From the NCBI GenBank assembly GCA_023205875.1, contig CP060764.1, forward strand, positions 682,001 through 730,620: 48,620 nucleotides of DNA. Reading direction: 5' to 3'. The position numbers were made by a program, and so were the translations under genes. The DNA comes from Chloropicon primus (lineage: Eukaryota). This document shows positions 1 to 10,700 of this stretch, one piece after another. How positions within the stretch are numbered: the stretch's first letter is position 1; every line of letters starts with the position of its first letter. A model generated the notes under the pieces. It worked only from the letters and a program-made list of their open reading frames with translations. It ran no database searches and was not told the origin of the DNA.

Positions 1-1229
1 ATGGACTTTCGGGTCCAAGCCCCAGAAGAGCTCGGTCAGGACGGACGGGCCCGGTCCGGCCGACTACACGCCAACCCACGCGGGCAAGAACCCTTCGTAC
101 TCCCTCACGGGTCGCAACTTCATGAAGGAGTCTAAGAGCAACAACACGCCTGGTCCTGGAGCATACGCCGTGAAGAACTCCAAGCACACGCACAAGGGTC
201 CGGCTCCCTCGAGCTTCAGTATGGGCAAGAGGCTTCCCCAGACAGGAAAGTTCACGCCCAACCCTGGCCCTTCGGACTACTCTCAGCACACGCCGTTCAG
301 GAGTGCCACGGGCGCTCCACGATTCAGCCCTGACAAGCACTCCCGGAACAACGACTACGACGCTCTCGAGTCCCCTGGCCCCGGCAGCTACGCCGTGAAC
401 ACAAAGGAGAAGAGCGGGCCAAAGTATAGCATACGCTCCAGGCTTAACGAGAAAGCGAGGTGAGTGCCACCCACACTCTTCGAGAAGCGAGCACACGTGG
501 AGTGGAGACAAAAAAGACAAAAGACACTGACTTGTTCTCTCTGTGTCTCTGTATCTCTGTGTGTCTGTGTGTTTTTGTTTGTCTGTTTCCCAAAGGCCTT
601 CGAACTCGCCTGGCCCAGCCGCCTATTCGGTCCGAGGCCCAGCAGCAACGGGTCCCAAGTTCTCTATGGGTAGCTCCAAACGCTTCCAGCGCACCGCTCA
701 GGAGAATGAGAGCACGCCTGGACCGGGAGAGTACGTCGTCGGCAAGAACAGGGGACCTGCGTTCACCATCCAGTCCCGGGTAACTCTTTCTTCCCGCGTT
801 AACCAGGACCCCGGTCCTTGCACATACTCACCGAACTTTAGCACGAAAAGGGCGCCGCCATCCTTTTCTTTGGGGGGAAAGCAAAGCAATCCGGAGCTGA
901 AGGGGAACAAGGTGCCTGGCCCCGGTCACTACGCCCTGCACAAGAAGAACGTGGACAAGCAAGGTTCAACCAAGTCCTCTGCCTTCACCATGGGAAGCAG
1001 GACGAAGACCAAGACGACCAGCACGACCTTGTCGCCCGGCCCTGCGGCGTACAAGCCCGGAACCTACAAGCGCAAGGGCGCCCCTGCGTTCACGATGAGG
1101 CCGAGGCTCGAGTCGAGCTCTGCAAAGGACGGGGTGGACCCTAATCCCGGGCCTAGTGAGTACAATCCTAGCACAAAGAACCTGACCAAATCGCCTTATT
1201 ACTCGTTCGGCATGAAGCTGAAGAAGTAG
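1..1229 (+). CDS. SHIPPO/ODF3-like PGP-repeat (axoneme-associated) protein; 5'-truncated by the window; exons <2..459 and 596..1229
   Basis: More than 10 PGPG/AxY repeats, each followed by a PxFS/TM motif. The frame is open from base 2. A GTGAGT...AAG intron at 460..595 joins the two ORFs in frame (AG|G = Arg). Confidence 0.85.
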
Positions 1230-1738
1230 CGAGGTCATGCGGAGGCTCTAATGTTGCTGGGCACCGCACACGCGCGCGAACGCACGGAGCTGGAGCTTGC
1301 GGCATGGTTGGAAGGATACTGTAGATAGATGAACGAACACCAACAAACATCCTATCCTATGTAGCATGCATTTTGAGAGTATATATGTTGGCAAGACTTC
1401 ACCGCAGCATCACCGAGGACCTTCTATAAGCCCACCTGTTCAGCATGTACACATCATCACCATCGCCCTCACGGTCCCTTTCTCCTCCATCGAACCTCGC
1501 CGCCCCTCGTTCCCTGGCTTGTGGCTTCTCCAACTCTCTCTATCCCATCCATCGCCTTGGAAGGAAGGAGAAGGGGTGAAGCATGGGGTGGGCAAGCACT
1601 TTTCCATCGCGTTTGAACAAGAGATCGTCCCCCTCGCCATCCCATCCCATCAGGGCTGGTCTTGGTCCCCTTTTCCCACCTCCACCTCCTGTCCTGGAGG
1701 AGACTGAGACCCCTCCGACAGAGCAGCAGAGAGCAGGA

Positions 1739-1936
1739 ATGGCTCCGTCGTCGTGGTGGAACAAGAGAGTGGTCGCGGCGACCCTGATCATCGCGTGGGC
1801 TGGCGTGCTGCATTTGAACATGATGGACATCCAAAGGAAGATGAACGACAACGGCAACGGCAACGGCGCGTCGAACACGAAACACGTCGCGAAACTCTCC
1901 GTCAAACTCCATGGAAGCAACTCGGAACAAGAGTGA
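1739..1936 (+). CDS. Small single-TM protein, or first exon of the downstream ORF
   Basis: ATG 1739, 65 aa with hydrophobic segment VVAATLIIAWAGVLHL and GC3-rich codons. The stop TGA lies inside GTGAGT. Confidence 0.45.
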   Translation: MAPSSWWNKRVVAATLIIAWAGVLHLNMMDIQRKMNDNGNGNGASNTKHVAKLSVKLHGSNSEQE

Positions 1937-2025
1937 GTGAGGGAGAGGACTTCAGGGAGAGGACTTCAGGGAGACCAAGCCCGCCTGCTGGAGGAGACGA
2001 AACAGGTGGGAGGCGGAGGACCAGG

Positions 2026-2682
2026 ATGACCCCTTCCGTGGGCGAGAGCAACTGCAAAACGTTCTTGGCCTCGATTGAGAAGACGTGCCGTGTGAGGATA
2101 GTGCAGGTGCGTCGGTACCAGGACGCTGCGGAGACCGCTGCACTCGCCGAGGGCAACGCCGCGGAAAGGAAGCACGAGCTTCCGAACGACGCGGTCAGCC
2201 ACATGAACGGCGTGTTCGAGTCCCTGCAGGAGCTCTCCAGGTACGTCTGCTACGAACCCAACTTGACAGCCATCGATTATTACGAGTACAGGCTGGTGTC
2301 GCAGCTCCTGGTCCTCGCGTGGAAGTCCACGGTGTACCTCGCGGATATCGTGGCGCACTTACAGCACCAGATCCTTTGCAGCGGATCCTGGCTGAGCAAG
2401 CAACCCTCGTTGCCTCTGACCCTGGCCTCGTGTCTGCAGGGATACCGGCTTTACTGCAGAATAGCGGAGGAATCCATCGACTTCCTCAGGTCCGGCCTGA
2501 GGATACAGCTGTGCGACAGGCACCACCACGAGAGCAGGCTGATGCTGATGAACACGAAGGTTGACGGGGAGAGGGAGACGCTGGAAAACTGGCTCAAGAC
2601 CTTGCACAACGACATGTCCTCTGTCATCAACAGCATAGACCCGAAATTCACTCTGCTTTCGTTCCAAGCAAAGTGGGAGTAG
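2026..2682 (+). CDS. Hypothetical, probably alpha-helical protein
   Basis: Long ORF with coding-like GC3 bias and an AT-rich 3' flank. No family recognised and the start is uncertain. Confidence 0.6.
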   Translation: MTPSVGESNCKTFLASIEKTCRVRIVQVRRYQDAAETAALAEGNAAERKHELPNDAVSHMNGVFESLQELSRYVCYEPNLTAIDYYEYRLVSQLLVLAWKSTVYLADIVAHLQHQILCSGSWLSKQPSLPLTLASCLQGYRLYCRIAEESIDFLRSGLRIQLCDRHHHESRLMLMNTKVDGERETLENWLKTLHNDMSSVINSIDPKFTLLSFQAKWE

Positions 2683-2854
2683 CCGAGCAAGCGCGCAGGC
2701 CGGTGGGGGTGCCCGCCCAAAGCAAAGTCATCCGAAAGGAATAAAAATATTTTGTGTTTTGTTGTTACAACCATCCTCTCAATCCCATAAAAACGTTTTT
2801 CTTTTCTTTTTTTCGCCCAGCGGCGCGTCTTGTTGTGTCTCCTGCGACACTCAC

Positions 2855-3649
2855 TCACCCCGTGAGAGCGACCCACGAGAGGAAGAGGTACATCATCATC
2901 AGTGGGTACACCGCCAGCATTTTCCTCTTTGGGGACACGGAGGCCGAGACAAAAGGAACGGCTGCCCAGCTCGCCCAAGCCACCCCCAGGAGCATCACCA
3001 GGAGCTTCACCACCTTCATCGATTGGTAGAACGTCAGCATCGCCGCCACCAGGAGGGGAAAAGTGCAATACCCCAGCAGGGAGCAGGCTTGGAGGAAGAC
3101 TATTTTGCCTCCGAGAAGAATGACGTTGAGCGTGAGCACCGCGGCCCCCACTGTGAGTACGCAAAAGACGATAGAGAAAGCCTTCGCGGGGGAGTCTGCC
3201 AAAGGGCGCGAGGAGCGAAGAAGAGTTCGTGGTCAGCAAGGGCAAGGGCAAGGACAAGGCAAGACAAGACAAGACACGGCGGCGACGACGACGTGTCGCG
3301 TTCGTTCTTTCGGGGACTCACCTGACTGGTGCGACAGCAAGAGCGCGAGAGATATGGAGAATATCATGGGTCCCCACAAGTCCCACTCCCTGAGGGCCCT
3401 CACCGCGGTGGTCTGCTTGGAGACGGGCACGAGGACGATCCTCAAATTCAGCGCGATCTGGAGCAAGTCCCTCTTCAGGGTCTGCCACACGCTCTCGTTC
3501 AGCGTCGATCCCGCTGGCACGGTCCTCTGCCCGGCGCTGAGCTCGCTCGTCCCCGGCTCCGCCTCCTCCGTGAACATCTGCACCGTCCCGTCGTCCGGAA
3601 CGACCGGCGTCCCTCCCGACGCAAACGGACTGTCCGTGTTCGACTGCAT
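2855..3649 (-). CDS. YIPF6: Yip1-domain Golgi membrane protein (YIPF6-like); intron 3196..3321
   Basis: Motifs STLNESVWQTLKRDL, LREWDLWGP, LLGGKIVFLQACSLLGYC and LAVYP. A GTGAGT..CAG intron joins the ORFs in frame. Confidence 0.9.
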
Positions 3650-3976
3650 CCTTTCCTCTCCTCCCTCCTCCGATGATGTTTCCCTCTCCCTCCCTCCTCC
3701 GCGTGAAGGCAGTCGAAAGCTCCCCCCAAGCAGCACGAAGATTGGCCCCCGTGAATGGAGTGTTCATGTCTCACAGGAGTGTAACGTGACCAGGGCATGC
3801 CACGTGACGATTGAGTGGTCGAGGAGCGGCAAGGAGGACCGGCGTGGGTTGGGGCTTGCGGTGGGTTTACGCGACAGAGGAACGGGACAAGGGAGTGGGA
3901 GGGAGGAACACGAAAAGGAAAATTGAAACGTCTTTCGATCGAGTCGTCGCTTGCTCGAGGAAAGGAAGGAAGGGGG

Positions 3977-5467
3977 ATGAGGACCAGGATGAGGACCAGG
4001 ATGGGGACCAGGATGAGGACCAACACCGTCCTCAACCTGTGTTCGGTGAGGAGGGGAGGGCAGCCGAAGCGGAAGGACTGGTCCGCGGGGCCGTCGGTGG
4101 AGACCCGAGTCGTGCTCGGCGGGAGGAGGATCGAGGCGAAAGCGTCCGCGTCGGAGGTGGCAGCGAAGATCGAAGAGGAGGAGTTCAGCGAAGTCGGGCA
4201 GATCTGCGCGGTGCTCGGCACGCAGTGGGGCGACGAGGGGAAGGGGAAGCTGGTGGACGCCATGGCGCAGACGTTCGACGTCGTGGCGAGGGCCCAGGGA
4301 GGCGCGAACGCGGGCCACACCATATACTCCCCCGACGGGACCAAGCACGCGCTCCACCTCATGCCTTGCGGCATCCTCAACCCGAGGGCCAAGTGCATTA
4401 TCGGCAACGGGTGCGTGATCCACCTCCCGACCGTCCTGGGCGAGATCGGGAAGCTCAAGGAGAAAGGGGTGAGCGCGGACGGCAGGCTGTTCATCTCTGA
4501 CCGGGCCCACGTGCTGCTCGACTTGCACAAGGAAGTGGACGGGCTCAGGGAGCAGGAGCTGGCGGACAAGAAGATCGGGACGACGAAGCGAGGCATCGGG
4601 CCGTGCTACTCGTCGAAGGCCATCAGGAACGGGATCCGAGTCCACGACCTCCTGAGCTTTGACGTGTTCGAGAAGAAGCTGAGGGGGCTGGTCGCCGAGA
4701 ACGAGAAGAGGTTCGGGGCGGACTTTGAATACGACGTGGACGAGGAGCTGAGCAAGTACGAGGGCTACATCGCGGAGATCAAGCCCTACATCTCGGACAG
4801 CGTGGAAATCTTGTACAACGAGCAGAAGTCGAAGAGCAGGATCCTGATCGAGGGCGCCAACGCGACCATGCTCGACATCGACTTCGGGACCTACCCCTTC
4901 GTGACCTCCTCGAACACGACCATCGGGGGCGTCTGCAACGGCCTTGGCATGGCGCCCAACGCCATCTCCCACGTGGTCGGTGTGGCCAAGGCGTACACAA
5001 CTCGCGTGGGCGCCGGCCCTTACCCCACGGAGATTCACGACGAGGTCGGCGACCAGATCAGGAAGCTGGGTGGTGAGTACGGCACGACCACCGGCCGGCC
5101 AAGGAGGTGCGGCTGGCTCGACATAGTGGCGCTGAGGTACGCTTGCATGGTGAACGGCTTCAGCTTCATGAACATAACCAAGCTCGACGTCTTGTCCGAG
5201 CTGAAGGAGATCAAGATCGCGGTCGAGTACAAGATGCCAGACGGAACGTCGATGAAGTTCTTCCCGGCCGATCTGGACTTGCTCGAGGAGGCCGAAGTCG
5301 TGTACGAGACAGTTCCCGGCTGGATGAGCGACATCTCGGGCATAAGGGAGTACGAGGCCCTCCCTGCGAACGCAAAGCTGTACATCGAAAGGATCGAAGA
5401 CCTCCTCGACATCCCCGTGAGATGGATCGGGGTCGGCCCAGGAAGGGATGCCTTGATCACAAAGTAA
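3977..5467 (+). CDS. purA: Adenylosuccinate synthetase with a plastid-type transit peptide
   Basis: Motifs [43 protein letters not shown] and [14 protein letters not shown]; Arg-rich N-terminal extension. Confidence 0.97.
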   Translation: MRTRMRTRMGTRMRTNTVLNLCSVRRGGQPKRKDWSAGPSVETRVVLGGRRIEAKASASEVAAKIEEEEFSEVGQICAVLGTQWGDEGKGKLVDAMAQTFDVVARAQGGANAGHTIYSPDGTKHALHLMPCGILNPRAKCIIGNGCVIHLPTVLGEIGKLKEKGVSADGRLFISDRAHVLLDLHKEVDGLREQELADKKIGTTKRGIGPCYSSKAIRNGIRVHDLLSFDVFEKKLRGLVAENEKRFGADFEYDVDEELSKYEGYIAEIKPYISDSVEILYNEQKSKSRILIEGANATMLDIDFGTYPFVTSSNTTIGGVCNGLGMAPNAISHVVGVAKAYTTRVGAGPYPTEIHDEVGDQIRKLGGEYGTTTGRPRRCGWLDIVALRYACMVNGFSFMNITKLDVLSELKEIKIAVEYKMPDGTSMKFFPADLDLLEEAEVVYETVPGWMSDISGIREYEALPANAKLYIERIEDLLDIPVRWIGVGPGRDALITK

Positions 5468-5532
5468 AATGTTGGAGCAGCACGCGTTGGCTTTTTCGTT
5501 TTTTCTAAAATACATAGCATTAACACACAGTT

Positions 5533-6657
5533 TCATTCCTCTTCCGAGGGAGCGTCCGCGAGCCCCATCTCCCGCAGCTCCACTTTCTTCCCAGCCTCGT
5601 CCATCGCGAGTTCCAAATGCGCAACGCCACCCCCCTCGCCGTTGCCGCCGTTGGTCCCGTGGTCCCCAGACACAGAGAGCTTGTACAGGAGTCCGAACAC
5701 GTGCCTCCTGATGACGGTGGCGACTTCCTTGGCGCCCTCCACCGCGTAGGCCCCATCCCACTCGATCTTGTCGCACAGGAACTCCAGGACCTCCTCAGAC
5801 ACAGTGATCCGATGCTGCTTGCCCCTTCCCTTGTTCAGGGCCTTCACCCGCCTCTGTATCGACCTCTGCAGCACCTGCCTGATGGCTTGCCGGTCCAGCG
5901 GAAAGTAGGGCACGAACATGTCGATCAGGCTGAGCGACTTTACGGTATCCACCCTATCCTCGCACTTCTCGCTCTGCCACAGGTTGAACATCATGTTCTT
6001 CAAAGTGTACTGGAGACTCTCAGCGTCCACGTCCTCCTGCCGCCCTCTCGCCGCGTTCAGAGACTCCACGATCTTGCCGTACCCCGTGTTGGACTCCAGC
6101 AGGAACACCGACTTTTGCATCTGTTCCGTAACGTTCAACGCGAGCCCTTTGTCAAAGATCTGTTTCAGCACCCCCCTGGACTTGCAGTCGAGCTTGTCGT
6201 ACTCCTCGATGACCACGAGCGCCTCCCTCCTGGCGCTGAGGTGGCCGATCAGCTTGCTCACCAGGGCTTCCGACTGCTTGTCCCTGTCATGGATCGTGTA
6301 GTCCAACCCATACACGACCTTGTAGCCCTCGCAGTTCAGACCCGGGCACTCGCTGGAGCTCGAGGTGGCATTGTAGAGCGCCCTCGCCGCGACGAAGTGG
6401 CTGAATGACTTTCCTACCCCCGGTGGACCGTGTATCGACAGCACCAGAGGTTTGAGAGGCCTTTCCTCCCACAAGTGGTCGCACACCGCGTTCACGAACT
6501 GGTTCGTCGCCAGGGTCTGTCCGAACACCTCCCGTGTCAATCCCTCCTTCAACCTGTCGCAGGAGTTTTCGTCGAACCCCCTCGGGTCCGGCGCCAGCAG
6601 GAGGAGTCCCATGGCCACCACGGACGATATCACAATCCCCAGCGTCGACGCCAACAT
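5533..6657 (-). CDS. Torsin-like AAA+ ATPase (ER/perinuclear lumen type)
   Basis: N-terminal hydrophobic segment; FGQTLA, KPLVLSIHGPPGVGKS (Walker A), VVIEEYDKL (Walker B), FLLESNTG (sensor 1), LIDMFVPYFPL and GAKEV (sensor-2 position), collinear with torsin family motifs. Confidence 0.85.
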   Translation of the reverse strand: MLASTLGIVISSVVAMGLLLLAPDPRGFDENSCDRLKEGLTREVFGQTLATNQFVNAVCDHLWEERPLKPLVLSIHGPPGVGKSFSHFVAARALYNATSSSSECPGLNCEGYKVVYGLDYTIHDRDKQSEALVSKLIGHLSARREALVVIEEYDKLDCKSRGVLKQIFDKGLALNVTEQMQKSVFLLESNTGYGKIVESLNAARGRQEDVDAESLQYTLKNMMFNLWQSEKCEDRVDTVKSLSLIDMFVPYFPLDRQAIRQVLQRSIQRRVKALNKGRGKQHRITVSEEVLEFLCDKIEWDGAYAVEGAKEVATVIRRHVFGLLYKLSVSGDHGTNGGNGEGGGVAHLELAMDEAGKKVELREMGLADAPSEEE

Positions 6658-6852
6658 CCCTCCTCCCTCCTCCCTCCTCCCTCCTCCCTCGCTCCTCCTC
6701 GCCCTGGCCCGTTCCGCGTTCTCGCGTTCTCCGCTTTTGCTTTCCTCTCTCTCTCTCTCTTTTTCAGTGTACGTACGTAATTTTTGTAACATGACATGGC
6801 ACAGCGCGAGCCAGGAGCCAGGAAAGGGAACCCAGGGAACGAGGGAACGCGC

Positions 6853-6914
6853 TTCTTTCTTCGTTTCTTTCTTCGTTTCTTTCTTCGTTTCTTTCTTCGT
6901 TTCTTTCTTCGTTT
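6853..6914. repeat. 12-bp tandem repeat (TTCTTTCTTCGT) x5
   Basis: Read directly; lies in the intergenic region between torsin and the cyclase. An (ACAACG)n run lies at about 7388-7420. Confidence 0.9.
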
Positions 6915-7386
6915 CGTACGAGGAGTGGAGTGGAGTGGAGTGGACTCGATCCAGCTCCCCGGGTCGCGAGCGAAAAGGCGGTGGGTTGGGTGTTAACCCC
7001 AACACCCAAGTTGCCAGGAGTTTCCGTCCTCCTGGCCTCCCTTCGCATTTCGTTAACCAAATGCCAAGATCGGGAAGCCAACAAGGCACTGCTTCTCCTT
7101 CTCCTCTCTCTTCTCTCCCTCCTCTCTCTTCTCTCTCTGTCGGTCTCGGTCTCGGTCTCTCCCTCCCGTCCCTCTTCTCTTTGGTGTAGGGGTTGGTTTG
7201 CAAGACAAGAACTAGAACTGTCTTCCCTCCTCGTTCCCTCCTCGTGTCTTGGCTCCTTGGAGAGGGGAGAGTAAAAGCAGCCAGGGCCTGTGCCTTGGAG
7301 GGGAAGCAGGCGAGGAACACCAGGAGGAGGAACGAGAACAGACCAGGAGACCTGACCTTGCTTGTCACACAACCTTGGGATTGTGG

Positions 7387-7421
<35 letters not shown>

Positions 7422-7742
7422 GGACAAGAACACAAGCGACTTGGGGACCAAGGACGACCGAAACTTTACCGGAACAAGGGAACTAGACGAACAGACGCCA
7501 CGAGAAGTCTTGGGCGGAAGGACAAGCTTGGGAAGCTTGTTTGCGGGGATAGATGGCGCGGTGCTGGAATTAGACAACCCGCGGCGTGCAGACCCAGGAC
7601 CCTGTTGGTAGTGGAGAAGGAGAAGGAGAAGGAGAAGGAGAACCCCTGGGGGCGTACAAGGTGATGGGAGTGAGGGCGCGTGTCAGGGGGGCGGTGTTGC
7701 GTTAGAGACCCAGGACAAAGCTTGCATCTTGGAGTAACAAGT

Positions 7743-10700
7743 ATGGCGAGGAAGTCCAAGAAGAAAGCAAAGGCGGGGGCCATGGTTGTAGTGGAGGAGG
7801 ACGCGGTTCTGGAGGAGGGCGCGGGTCCAATCCAGGAAGAGGCAGGGAACGAGGAGGCGGAGAGGGGGCAGGCGGAGGCCGAGCAGTCGACCTCGAACGA
7901 GCCGCAGTCCTCCGTCAGGGACGGCGACGAGGAAACTCAAGCGGAAGCGGAAGCGGACACCACGGAGGACGGCAACGGAGGGGCGGGGGGCGGGGGCGAA
8001 CCCATGTCTCCGAACAAGCTGACGATAAAAGTGCGGGTGGACACTCCTTCCCCCGTCTCTGCTTCTGGGTCAGCTTCGAGCCCGACGAAGGAGGAAGCCC
8101 GAAGAGCTGTGTTTGAAAACTTGGGGCATTCACAAACGACAGCGCACAGCAGTTTCTCGAGCTATGTTTCCAATGACGGGAGCAGCGTGCCTGCCAACTT
8201 GCTGAACGATGTGTACACCCCCCGTGCCCCCGTCAAGCTCGTTTCTCCTGGCCTGATGGATCGGCCTTCCACGGCCTTGAGCGAGGCGGAGAGGAACGAG
8301 AAGCGGGAGAACATCAAGCTTCTGGAGCAGATTCCTTTGCTGAAGAACCTTCACAAGTGGGAGAAGAGCAAGATCGCGGAGCACTTGCAATTCCGCGACT
8401 ACGAGGAGGGCGAGGTCATTGTCCTTGAGGGGGATGAAGCTGACGAGTTTTACATCGTCAAGGACGGAGTGGTTGATATTTCTGTCGACGCGGGAGGCGG
8501 GGAGTCCAAGGTTTTGTCCACCATCACGAGGAGAGGCTGGTTCGGGGAGCTAGCCTTGCTCAAGGACCAGCCCAGAAACGCGACGGCGAGGGCGAGGACA
8601 AAGGTGCAGTGCCTTGTCCTAGTGAAGGACGACTTCATCCGTTTGATCGGGACGCTGGAGGAGGTCTTGAACAGAGGAAACGTAGTAGCGCGGCACAAAA
8701 AAGCCACGGAGAGGTGGCACAGGGCTTTCAACATCATTTCAAAGACCCTGATGCTGCTGAGGCGGATAAGGAAGGAGCAGGCAAGGAAGTTGGATTGGAA
8801 GACTTTGACGTTTGGGAGTCAGAACCTCGAGAAGGCCTACCAGGTCTTCAACCAAAAGGAGTCCTCCTACATCGGTAGGTCGGCGGCGATCTTTGGTTTT
8901 GGGATCATGTTCATTTTCTTCATCCACGACATCGTGAACCCGGCGTGCAACTGGGCCAGAAACACGTACTGGGTCGCCACCTATGTGCTGGCGCTGCCTT
9001 TTTTCATTGTGCTTTGCGTGCTTCCCGAGCTGCTCACGATCAAGAAGAACAAGATGAATGTGATAACCCTTGCGACTACTCTGCTCTGGGTTTGTATGAT
9101 GCTGCCTTGGATCGTTGACACGGACATATTTGCTGAGAGGGGCAGCCTCTTCTTTCTGTCCAGGCTGACCACGTTGATAAGCTTTGGATTCCAGTTTGCA
9201 CCCCTTGGAATCGTGAGGAACACCACTTCAGTTCTCGTGATTATTGGGCTCTCCGAAGTTCTCTTGCTGCACCCCAAAATGAGGGATTATGTTTACACTG
9301 TGGATGGCGTGGAGTACAAGTCTGATTCGACACTCAGCCTTGTGAACATCCAGGCGGCGATTCTGCTATCGTTCCTGTCAAACTACTCTGATCATCGTAG
9401 GAAAGAGAGAGACCACAGAAAAGCTTTCATCCTGGCGTACGACATCCACGAGGAATGGAAAAGCAGCGAGTCGTTCCTGCACTCAATGCTGCCAAACAAG
9501 GCCATCACCGCCCTCAAGCGGGGTCAAAAGTTGTTCGCCGAATGGATCGAGAATGGAACCATTATCTTCGTCCAAATCTGCGATTTCAATCGTTTTGTTG
9601 AGAACATGCCACCAAGAAAACTCATCAACCTCCTGAACGATGTCTTCCTCCAATTCGACAGTCTTGTGGAGAAGCATCATGTGTACAAAATCGAAACTGT
9701 GAATGAGTATTATATGGCTGGCAGTGGAATTCTGAAGAACGACAAGTACCATGCGGTCAATTCGTCGGCTTGTGCGGTAGCAATGCTGAAAGTGTGCCAA
9801 GTCCTCTCCGAGAAGCTCGACGGCGAGGCGGTGACAATCAAGATAGGTGTGAACAGCGGAAGTCTCATCGCAGGTGTGATTGGACTGAAGCAAATCAACT
9901 ACCGAGTGTTTGGGGATACTGTGAACATAGCTAGCAGAATGTGTTCGAATAGCAAACCAGGTAGAATTATGGTCACGAAGAGAACAGCAACCTATCTGAA
10001 GAAGAGCAAGCATTATAAATTTGATTTGGAAGACCTGGGTGAGATGCAGGTCAAAGGCAAAGGGAAGATGCAGACATTTTACTTGAACGAAGCTACTGAG
10101 CTCAACCCGATGTCTCCCACTCTGTCTGTGAAGAGCGGGACCAGCAACTTTGATGATTCAGAGAGAAAAAGTTTTGATTTAGAGAGGACCAGTGGGAATT
10201 CAAGTGACGTCACGTACGAGAACATGCTGGAAATATCTGAAACGAGCTCATTCAAGAGCTTTTCTAGAAAGATTTTGAACAGGGTCACGAAGAGCACGAG
10301 ACGCTTGTCAAGGCTTTCCTTCTCTGAGGGACTAAGGCCCACCTTTTCGCCCCACGAGGGCAAGAGAAAGTCTCTCATTAAAGCTCAGATTGATGGCAGT
10401 CAGATGAGCCATGGCTTGGACTACAAGCCCGAGCCATCCGAGGCGTCATTTGCAGGTTCACTTGATAGCTCTCTTTATGCGACATCGGAGGCTCCGTCAA
10501 CCCCGAGGACACCAATGTCAGTGGCATCAACATTCTTGTCGGACACTGAACCCGCCCCCGGCCCAGACACCTTCCCTGGTGGCATGGGGCCAAATACTCC
10601 GGCTCCGGCTCTGGATCCAGCAAACGCTGCCAGTCAGAGGAGAAATTCGGATGATTCCGTGGACACTGACGTTGGGGAGGACGAGGGAAGGATCACTTTG

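Noticed and set aside
3764..5776. Long antisense and alternate-frame ORFs (also 12576-14051, 24658-26010, 39122-40807, 41675-43930, 43314-44951)
   Set aside because: Shadow ORFs expected from high GC3 in the real genes; no recognisable domains.
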